Positions 52,377-64,000 of a stretch of DNA of 64,000 nucleotides are shown here, piece by piece (position 1 is the stretch's first letter; each line of letters starts with the position of its first letter). The DNA is from the human T2T-CHM13v2.0 reference genome, Homo sapiens: NCBI RefSeq assembly GCF_009914755.1, contig NC_060927.1; one strand, given 5' to 3'. The notes beneath the pieces were generated by a model that worked only from the letters and a program-made list of their open reading frames with translations, was not told where the DNA came from and searched no databases. A program made the position numbers and the translations under genes.

Positions 52377-53995
52377 TCAGTTGGGAGTTTCCACTTTTTC
52401 ATGCTGTTTTCACCTATTGACTGCATCTGCGTTTCTTCTGAGTGTTTCCACAGTAGCTGGGTGTTATTCCTGCTCAGTGGGTTGCCGTGGCAGCCTTAGC
52501 TGTGAGTGAGTGACAAGGCAGAGGTTTCCATTTCCTTGGCTGGAATTAGCTGTTAAGCTCCCCATTAGCTGTTCCTTTTCCTGGTCCAGGGATGCCCTGC
52601 AGGACTCTTTTCCTTGACTGAGGCATCGTCTTACCTTAACTCCCCAGTGGGCAGAAAATCTTGGTTTTAATAATTTGAGTTGGTGAGAATAGAGCAAAGA
52701 CACAGAAGGTGCTTGAGTTTGTTGGGGCTTTTGCTTTTGCCGTTAAGGATGGGGAGGAGGGGCCCTCTTGTCTAGGATGAATTGAAGGTAAAGGCAGCTA
52801 AGAGAAGGGGAGTGAATGCGGATCCACTTCTGAGGGAGGATGTTGGGGAAAAAGATGGAGGTGGATTGGCATAGTAGCTGGGAACCCAGAGGAAAAGGAG
52901 AGGAAATGAGTTGTTTGAAAAGGATCAGCCCTGGAAAAGTTCTGGCTTTCATGTTGGAAAAGCATTCCCCATATCTGCAGAGGTTAGAGCCAAGAAACAC
53001 ACAGCTCTGGGGATCCCCAGAGGACCTTCAAAGAGACCTCCAGCTGGGTGCGGTGGCTCAGGCCTGTAATCCTAGCACTTTGGGAGGCTGAGGCAGGTGG
53101 ATCACCTGAGGTCAGGAGTTCGAGACCAGCCTGGCCAACGTGGTGAAACCCCATCTCTACTAGAAATACAAAAATTAGCTGGGCATGGTGGCGGGCACCT
53201 ATAATCCCAGCTACTGGGGAGGCTGAGGCAGAAGATCACTTGAACCTGGGAGGCGGAGGTTGCAGTGAGTTGAGATCACGCCACTTCATTCCAGCCTGGG
53301 CGAAAGAGTGAAACTCCTTTTCAACAAATAAAGAGATACCCCCAGCTTGTGATAATTAGCCTTCCCCTCTTGCATCCTTCCTACAGCTTGGGCTGCCCTA
53401 ACCAGCCACAGGGCCAGCCTGATCAAGTCACTCACCTTAACACAGCCTGTGGTTCCCCATGGTCCGTGTGGCTGTAGGAGCAGCGCCCTCCTCTCTGCCC
53501 CTTCTCCCCACCATGCCACCCCCACTGCCCATGTGCTTGGTGTCTCAGCCGCCGTGCTCCTTGGTGGCCCCTGCACTCGCCATGATCTCCCACCCTGTGC
53601 CATTCCCACATCCGTGAATGCTCCTCCCCTGTCCCCTTTCTGCTCTCCCGGGACTCAGGAACGAGGTCTTCCCTCGACCCTGCTCATCCCCTGTGCTCTC
53701 TGACTTCCCCACCATACCATAACCTCCTCAAGGGCAAGGAACGTTTGTTTTCTACCTCAGTATTGCTGACATCAGCCCAACTCCTGGCACAGAGTTGCAG
53801 AATAAAACAGGAGGCATCATGGTTACTTCCATTCAGACAGCCACAAGCCCCAACACCAAAGGGACTTGGTCCTAAAATTCACATCCTCCTGCCCCACTGA
53901 CCCCTGCCAGGCCTTGGTGGAAGTTCTGTCCACAGAGTGCACACGTGGGTGTCTGAATCTTTGTGTATCATCCAGCTCCCTTTCTTGCCCAGCAG

Positions 53996-54172
53996 GTGCT
54001 GGATGTGTCTGGGGCAGACATGTTGGCCAAGTCAATTGCCAACTGCCAGGTGGAGCTTCTGGAAAACTGTGGGCACTCAGTAGTGATGGAAAGACCCAGG
54101 AAGACAGCCAAGCTCATAATCGACTTTTTAGCTTCTGTGCACAACACAGACAACAACAAGAAGCTGGACTGA
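53996..54172 (+). CDS. ABHD6: ABHD6 last coding exon: VLDVSGADML...CGHSVVMER...KKLD* (His306 codon 54074-54076)
   Basis: cagcag acceptor, 58 codons plus TGA; spliced total is 337 aa. Confidence 0.97.
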   Translation: MLDVSGADMLAKSIANCQVELLENCGHSVVMERPRKTAKLIIDFLASVHNTDNNKKLD

Positions 54173-54899
54173 GGCCCCGACTGCAGCCTGCATTCTGCAC
54201 ACAGCATCTGCTCCCATCCCCCAAGTCTGACGCAGCCACCACTCTCAGGGATCCTGCCCCAAATGCGGTCGGAGCGCCAGTGACCCTGAGGAAGCCCGTC
54301 CCTTATCCCTGGTATCCACGGTTCCCCAGAGCTTTGGGGACCACGCGAAAACCTCCAAGATATTTTTCACAAAATAGAAACTCATATGGAACAAAATAAG
54401 AAACCCCAGCCATGAAATCTACCATGAAGTCTTCAAGTTCATGTCACTGAGAAGCTTGTGCAAAGCAGCCACCTTGGACCATAATTAAATCAAGGACATT
54501 TTCTTTGAGACATTCCTTATAGTTGGAGACTCAAGATATTTTTGTTGCATCAGGTGTATTCCCTTGCATGGGCAGTGGCTTTTATAGGAGCATTAGTCCT
54601 CATTCGCTGAACCCTGTTGTTTAGGTCTAATTTAAGTTTTACATAGAGACCCATGTATGACTGCAGCCCATTGGCTGCAAGACCAGGGAGGAAAGTGGCA
54701 AGCTGTAGAAAATGTTTACACGCATGGAGGGGCATTGCTCTAGCCCTCAGAGCGTCCGGAGCAGCAGGGTACATGGGTGGGAGGTTCATTCAGCACCCAC
54801 CAGTCAGGTATGTTCTGAGTGAACCCACAGCAGTCGCAGAATGAGCACCTGGCAGGGTGGGTTTCCTAGGAATAATTTATTATTTTTAAAAATAGGCCT

Positions 54900-54905
54900 A
54901 ATAAA
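54900..54905 (+). terminator. Proximal polyadenylation signal AATAAA
   Basis: Canonical hexamer in an AT-rich part of the 3'UTR. Confidence 0.55.
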
Positions 54906-55113
54906 GCAATAATGTTCTAGACATCTGTCTAAGTAATCAGACTCAGGTTCCACACACAAGCAACAACTCGTGGGCCTCTTTTCTATTTCAATGTGCTACT
55001 AAGAACCCTTGGATGTAACATACTAGTTAGTTAATGAATTCTGTGAATTCTGTGAAGAGTAATGTGATTGAAAATAAGTCTAAACAGCTGTAAAAGTGAC
55101 CACAATGACATGA

Positions 55114-55119
55114 AATAAA
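55114..55119 (+). terminator. Distal (likely main) polyadenylation signal AATAAA
   Basis: Canonical hexamer, upstream TGTA, downstream ggtggtttctattt. Confidence 0.75.
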
Positions 55120-55281
55120 TTTAATAAGTCTAGATCAGCAACATGCAGGTGGTTTCTATTTCTGAACTCCTAATTAGGTGCAATGTTGGCAGATTTTCTG
55201 TTAACTTTAAAATGTGTTTTTTAAAATAAGGCTTGTTTAACAGGCTTTGGAAGTCTTTGCATGGATGATTTATTAGGTTTA

Positions 55282-55608
<327 letters not shown>

Positions 55609-57985
55609 TCAAAATAATATAATAATAATTCACTGGAAATTGTATATCAAAAAAGGCAAGAGTCATCAAAATATTCTTTTTGACTCTTTCTGTAGGATTT
55701 AGGAGCCCTAAACTCCCCAGGAGCTTCACTCTTTCCAATTTTTTTTTTACAGAAAATCTACAGCCAAGTCATTCTGGGAATAAAGTGAGATAAACTTTAC
55801 AGTTTAAATCTGAATTCAGGACTGTGTTTGAATATTTCAGTTTACCAGAGAAGAATGGAACTTAGAGCTTAAAAACAAGAAGAAGATATGAAAATATGAC
55901 ATCAAGCTGGGCTGCAGCTAAAGCAGTGCCTCAGAGGGAAATTCATAGGCTTCAATACGTATATTAGAAGGGAAGAGGCTAGGTGGAGTAGCTCACACCT
56001 GTAGTTTCAACACCTTGGGAGGCCAAGGCGGGAGGACTGCTTGAGCCCAGGAGTTTGAGACCAGCCTGGGCAACATGGCAAGACCCCATCTCTTATATAA
56101 AAAGAAAAAAGGAAAGAAAAATCAATAAATTAAGCTTCTAGCTCAAGAAATGAGAAAATAAATAGTATCAAAGCCAGAGCAAATTAGAGGGAAGAAACAC
56201 AGACAAAAACAAAAATCAATGAAGTAGAAAAGAAAGTAGATATTAGACATTTTATTTGTTCCAATTTCCTATATTCACCAAGAATTCTGAGCATAGTGGG
56301 AGAGGGGTTCAGTGTTGGTGGGCCTAGGTGATGAGAGATGGTTTCCTCAGGATCAATGAGGAAGCCCCAGACCTGGGATAAGTACCTCAGATCAGAAACC
56401 GTACAGGATACAGGAACTCTTATGCTCTGGGTTGAATACCAGCTAAAGATGACATCAAAAGCAGTCCCTGAACTGTGCCCACCATGGGGTCATTCAGGCG
56501 GGGTGTGTGCCATCCATCCGAACCCAGGACAGTAGGCAGGTTCTGCATCTGGACACAGCTTCCATCTCCTCTGCTGTCACCAGAAAGCACTGACTACAAG
56601 TTGTGAGCAGAGAGTATGAAAGAGTCATTTTGAACTATAAGGTGGGTTTTCAGGTTCTCGCTTGGTGCTGCAATTCTGGGTGCACTCGGAAGACCCTTGT
56701 GCCTCACTTCCTGCCTCTGTGACTATAGCGAGCCTGCTGGTTACTGCCAGCTCTGAGTCCCCCTTGCCACACACCCCCTGGGCTCTATGGTGTGTGCCTT
56801 TGATGACAGTCGGGAAGAAGAAAGTACTCATTCATCACAGCACCCCCTGAAAGACTGCCAGGAACTTCTGAAATAACAATGGATAGCCCCAGGAATCACA
56901 GCTGCAGCTGGTCTCTCGATCTCACTGCCTGGAGTTGGGGCCTTCAGGGCCGCTGTGGGCAGACCCTCCTGGTCAGGTGTTGAAGAAGGACAAGCAGTGG
57001 TGAGAACTCAGTTTGCAGTCAGTCTGGGCTCCTTGTCCTGGACAGAGGTAACACTAGGAGTGAGTGATGTAACAAATGCATCAAACTGATGAGACTGCCT
57101 GTGTAAGCCTGTATCTTCCATTTGAGCCCCAGTGAGTATTCTTGTTGCTTTGCCCAGAGGAAATTCTCAGAACGTATGTTAGGCCAGGCTGGAGGACTAA
57201 ACTATGTGCCAGGGGCTATTCTAAGTGTTTTCACGCAGCCCTGTACATATGACACTGTGCCAGTTTTTCAGCAGAGGTACCGAGGCATGGAGTGGTATTT
57301 TGTCCAAGGTCACACAGCTTATGAGGAGAGGGAAGCCTCTCGGTATATAACTAAAGGTAATGGTAACACGTGAAAACAATGCTTTTACCTGTTCAGGCAG
57401 GAGCTGTCCCACATACCTTACCAATCCACCTGGGGCTCCATTGGCTCACCCAGACCAGGCCAGTGTGTGGCAGCTTCAGCCGTAGATTGCTGGGGCCACC
57501 CTTCCTGGCTTGAGCCCCCATTGAAGAAGGTCACCCGGTTGTTCATTCATCATAGTTAAGGACTTCCAACTGCCCAGCCTCCTGCTGGACAGGAAACAGA
57601 ACCCACCTGAATTCCGACATCATTCTGCTAAGGACATATCCAGGGACAGCTTGCCCTCTCCACTCCAGCCTCTTTAACAACCAGGACTGGTGTGTCATCT
57701 ACTTTGGAAGGGCTCGTTCACCTTGCTGATATCCTCTCCCTGCCCCCATACTCTGGATATGAGTGTTGTTTGTTCCCAACAATATTCTCCTTTGGGAGAA
57801 GTCTCGGCTCAGTCTCATTGCCTCTCTGGGGTCTGGCATGGAAAGCAGTCAAGAGATGTGGCCTGGCCAGGTGCAGTGGCTCACGCCTGTAATCCCAGAA
57901 TTTTGGGAGGCTGAGGCGGCTGGATCACCTGCAGTCAGGAGTTTAAGACCAGTCTGGCCAACATGGCAAAACCCCTTCTTTACTA

Positions 57986-58261
<276 letters not shown>

Positions 58262-59515
58262 TTACTGGCCAGGGGCTATACCTGCCTTCAAACACATTTT
58301 GGGTCTAATATTTATAATAAATGCTGAATGTAGGCCCCCTTATTTACTTTCCAAGCCCTGGATATTGTTCTTAGGACCATGGGTTGCTTAGGTAACTACC
58401 ACCGTTCTAAAATGGTGGCTGCAGATTTTAACACGTGCAGGCCCCAGCCTTCTGCTTTGGAGGAGCCATCACCTTTCAGCTCTTCCAGCATCACCCTTCA
58501 ACCACAGACTGGACCTTCTCATCAGCCTTTTCTCCCTCCCCAACCCCAAACTGGGTGCTGTTCTTGCAATTTCTCCATTTCCTGAAAGGAGACAAAAAAG
58601 TAGAGGGTTTTTTTTAGAGGGACGGGGCTGGTCACAGATAGGGCAGTGGAGATATCCTCAAATTACCTGCCAGGTGACAGTCCTGGGGCTGGCTCTTCTG
58701 GTGTCCCCAGCTGCCGCAGGGCTCTGGGGCCCAGTATTTGCTCCCTGGGGCTGGTACCAACCAGGGTGTGGACTTGGGGTTGCCTGTGCTGGCAGTGGGA
58801 GGAGAGTCTTGTGACCATCATCAGCCTAGTCTGGCAGAGGGACAGAGGGAGAGGACAGGTGACTGCTCGGGTCTCCTTTCAGCAACAGGACAGTCCCTCT
58901 CTCTTGGCTCCTGGAGGAACCTTCCCTTCATTGGTTTCTGGATCTTAGGGTCTTTAAATCCTCAAGGCAATGAACAGGCATCTGAGGCCATACCAGGAGC
59001 TGCAGCAGGGGGTGGAAGAAGGAAGAGTTCGTAGGGGCAGTAAGGGGGTAACAATTCCAATGACCAAAGGCCAAAGCTGGCTGGGTCGGGGGCAGGTGAC
59101 TTCCTGAAGGACAACTGGAAAGGTGGCTGCCAAGACAACCCCTCCCCAAAGCTCTCAGGCCAGACGTGATTTGAATTCAGAAGCGTTTCGACCTGGAAAG
59201 GTATCACAGTGTGTATACCATGTATCATGTGATGCCCTCTGCAGGGTCTGGGGCCACCACACATGGTCAAATAAATGCATTTGTATTTCTGCCATGCAAT
59301 GTATGTGTAGCCACAGTAAGTGGGACAAAAGCTGTAAGCCTCACCTTAGTTCAGATTAAGCATTGGCGCTGGATGAAGATACTTGGTTTCCAGTTGTTTT
59401 TTTTTTTTAGGATTTCAGATAAGGGATGGGAGCCTGCTTTCTAGGTCCGGCTCTCCTGCCTTGGGGGTGGGCTGAGGAGGCATTTTTTTCTTCCAGCATG
59501 GAAGGCGCAGCATAT

Positions 59516-59745
59516 AGATAGGTCCATAGATCCCTCTTGTGCCTAACTATGTAAGTAGCAGGTCCTGATTTTTATTTAATAATTATTAGTGTTACCAAAA
59601 TGATGCTCTGTCACTTTAAAAGAAATCAAACAAAAAGATTGCTTAAAAAAGGAGAGTCTCCTACACCCTCTGCACAGCCCCACCCTTCCCCCATCAGTCA
59701 GTCCATTGGGGTTTCTGTGCATTTGCACACATACATACGGGTAAG
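59516..59745 (+). repeat. Unique ~230-bp segment duplicated at 60688-60808 plus 61419-61539
   Basis: tccctcttgtgcctaacta...catacatacgggtaag present twice; the second copy is split by Alus. Confidence 0.92.
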
Positions 59746-60523
59746 CAGTGTAAAACTGGTTGGCTTTGTGGATTTTTTTTTTATAACACAATTGGGGCTA
59801 TGCTAGACATTACTGTTGCCCACTCCTCCTGCTCTTTTCCCTGGAGCTCTTCTAGGTCCAAACCCACAGAGCCCTCAGGTTCCTATAACAGGGATGCAGA
59901 GTCCTCCAGAGAAAACGGGGTACAAATCTCTTTGTAAGGACCTCTTTGAACCCCCAGGAGAAGGTCTCTGAATTTGAAGAAAGGATTTAAGGCCCCTCCA
60001 GAAACGGGCTGCTTTATTACAGGGTCGTTATCCCCTCCCCAAAATCTCCCTTCCTGGGGCCCTGGAGCCATTTTTTTAGGAGGGAGATTTCTAAGATCAC
60101 TTCCAAGGAAAGTTTCCTCCGTCATTTAAATACAGTTCAGAAATGCTGGGTGAGACAAAGTTAAACAGCATGGCTCCAGCTATAACCCCCAGACAAGCAG
60201 GGGAATGACTGAAGGAGAAAAGATGTCCTCCAGTAGCTGCTGGCAGAGGGGTGGGTGCTGGGGCAGGGGACCAGGCTGTCTTGCTGTTCCCTGGGTGATG
60301 GGGGTGGTTTTGATGGTCTAGGAAAGGGCTTTTAGTCTTTTTTACCATTGTCTGGTGCACTGCCCCCAGAGTTCCTGCCCGAAACGGGTGTGCTTATGTC
60401 CTTCCCAGGTCCCCTTTACTGACTGCTGCATCCACCCCCCACCTGCTGGGTTGGCTGCCCAGTTGAGCCACCCTCAGATGACTGGAGGTGCCTGCGAAGC
60501 TATACCTTTTCTCCTCTTATGTC

Positions 60524-61654
<1,131 letters not shown>

Positions 61655-61782
61655 ATAGGTAGCAGCCAATGACACCTATAGAAGGCTTGGCCCCCTTGCC
61701 TCAAAGCCTAGAAGCTTCCTTAGTATCATTTATGCTCCAGGACTCCCCATGGGATCCAGCTGAGGCTAGACTCAGCTGAATC

Positions 61783-62274
61783 TGTTACTGAAACACCAAG
61801 TGTTGCTTCTAGGTCCTGCTGCTCACCAAAGAGAAAGCTAATCACTGAAACAATGAATATTGCCAGGGAAGAAGGCTTTCTTTGAGAGCTGCTGCTGTGG
61901 ACATGGGAGATCAGTCTCAAATCCATCTCCCTGACTGACTAAAATTAGGAGTTTATACAGCAGAAATATAACAAATGCAGGAAAACAGGAATCAGGGAAG
62001 GATAAGGAAGGGGAGTTGGTCAACAGAAAGCAGGTCGTGGGAGACAGGCAGTCATGAAGGGTGAAGGGTCTGGACTGTCATTGTCCAAATGCAGTGATCT
62101 GGTGAGTTTCAGCTCCTTGATACTACCTGGGAAGCCTCATGGTTGGTTTACTGAGAAAGGAACTCAGATAAGACAAATGTAACTTCTCAAATTTTAAGAT
62201 GAGAAGGTCAATCTCTACATATACTCAAAAGAAACCGTAAGCATCAGTTCTGTGGGATGATTGGACCGGTTTCA
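61783..62274 (-). mobile_element. ERV1-class solo LTR (LTR26-like) nested in an older ERVL-like LTR remnant (~61740-62410)
   Basis: TG...CA termini, 4-bp TSD aatc at 61779-61782 and 62275-62278. Confidence 0.8.
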
Positions 62275-64000
62275 AATCCACATCTTTGCTTGGCTTCTTC
62301 TCCTGCCCTATCTTGCTTCCCTCCTCCCTTACAGATTTCACTTGGGGGCCATCTCCCAGTAAATCACTTCCGTGAGGGTCTCTCTCTCAGGCTTGGCTTC
62401 TAGGGATTCTAAAGCACTGCCTGCTTTTCAGAGTTTCTTGTTTGGAGATGACGCTTGAGTTGATGACACTTGAGTTGCCTCAAAGGAGCAGCTCCCAGAC
62501 TGGTCTTCCACATGGGAGGGATGGAATGCAGCTTTTTAGGCTCTGGAGCCTCTCACCACCTTAGATAAATGACTTAGCTTCATTTTCTTCATCTGTGAAA
62601 AGTGGTAATTATAGTGACATTGCATGGTTGATGGAATAATGTGAGCAAGTTAGCTGGTACTTGGCAAATCTCCCTAAACTATGTGATCTTATTCTCGAAA
62701 CAGAAACAATGGCTACAGTTCCATAGGTTTTAACTTCTGATCATTTTCACTTCCTTTGTCCTATCTCCACAATCTGCTGACATAGGGGGTGTTTTCCATT
62801 AAATCAATGGAGAACAGGGGGACTGGAATCTCACTTGGACCCTTCTCTCTTGCCTTTTCTTCCCCAAGTTGAGAAAGCTCCTCAGCTTTAGAAAAATCCA
62901 TTTGGCACCAATAAGTAAGGCAGGGAGGGGAGCCACACAGCAGAGGGGAAGTGTGGACTTAACTCATTCTTGGCTGCCGTACCTTTCAGGGACATAAAAT
63001 AGAGACCGACCCCAACAACTTTGCTCTGAAACACAGAGGGTACCTGAAATGGTCCTCTTAAGAACTAACTGGCTCCACCCAATGCAGTACAGGGTAACTT
63101 TCATAAAGACTGAGGCAGCTAACCTGGGCAACATAGCAAGATCCCCTCTCTAAAAATAAAAATCAAAAAAATTAGCCAGGTGTGGTGACACATGCCTGTA
63201 GTCCCAGCTCCTCTGGAGGCTGAGGCAGGAGGATCACTTGAGCCCAGGAGTTTGAGGCTGCAGTGACCTATGTTTGCACCACTGTACTCCAGCCTGGACC
63301 ACAGAGTAAGACCCTGTCTCCAAAAAAAAAAAGAAAAAAAGACTGAGGCAGCCTTGTGTGTTTTGATTTGGAGCAATTTTAGATACATCGTCAAGAGGTA
63401 AAAGCCCCCATATCATATTTTTCAGGGGACACTTAAGAAACTCATACTAGTTGTTGCTCCTGGAGAGGGGAGAGGCTGACAGGGGAAGAGGTGGAAGGGA
63501 GACTCACTTTTTAATATCTATCCCTTTATGTCATTTGAAATGTATGCTGTAAGCCTACAGTACCTATTCAGAAGATAAAATTTAGGCATGGTGCAGTGCC
63601 TCACACCTGTAATCCCAGCATTTTGGGAGGCCAACGCAGAAGGATCGCTTGAGCCTAGGAGTTCAAGACCAGCCTGAGCAACATGGTGAGACCCTGTTTC
63701 TACAAAAAAATTAAAAATTAGCTGGCCATGGTGGCATGCACCTGTAGTCCCAGCTACTTGGGAGGCTGGGGTGGGAGGATCGGTTGAGCCTGGGAGGTTG
63801 AGGCTACAGTGACCCATGATCACATTATTGTACTACAGTCTGGGTGACAGTGAGACACTGTCCAAAAACGATTTTTTAATATAAAATTTAGTTGAAAAAC
63901 AAAAGTTTTTTTTTGTTTTTTGTTTTGTTTTGTTTGTTGGCAGAGTCTCGCTCTGTCATCTCGGCTAGAGTGCAGTGGCGTGATCTCAGCTTACTGCAAC

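Larger units (their letters stand above)
54173..55140 (+). other. ABHD6: ABHD6 3'UTR (3' end approximate)
   Basis: Repeat-free sequence after the stop, ending just after AATAAA 55114 and followed by GT/T-rich sequence. Confidence 0.8.

Noticed and set aside
53866-54399. 177-aa ORF as an independent gene
   Set aside because: Non-ATG start inside the intron, out-of-frame overlap with the last exon and no recognisable domain; relevant only as an exon-skipping frame

Overview
Primate (most likely human) genomic DNA containing nearly the whole ABHD6 gene (monoacylglycerol/2-AG and BMP lipase) on the + strand. I reconstructed a probable 65-nt 5'UTR exon (10277-10341) and eight coding exons (ATG 16986 to TGA 54172) that join in frame to 337 aa with the Ser148-Asp278-His306 triad. 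The 3'UTR has two AATAAA signals; exon 1 and the promoter appear to lie upstream of the window. The rest is dense with repeats: about 45 Alu copies or fragments, a full-length antisense L1PA (~36052-42136), a full-length antisense SVA (49642-51831), truncated L1s, LTRs, MER DNA-transposon fossils and microsatellites. Top hypothesis: the intronic L1 keeps an intact 114-aa ORF0 on the ABHD6 strand, with two splice donors exactly in phase with the next ABHD6 exon, and there are intronic AATAAA signals upstream. This layout could 'break' ABHD6 into an N-terminal Ser148 half and an ORF0-fused Asp/His half. This is inferred from sequence only, with no expression evidence. Repeat subfamily names are from memory and repeat boundaries are approximate unless a TSD is quoted.
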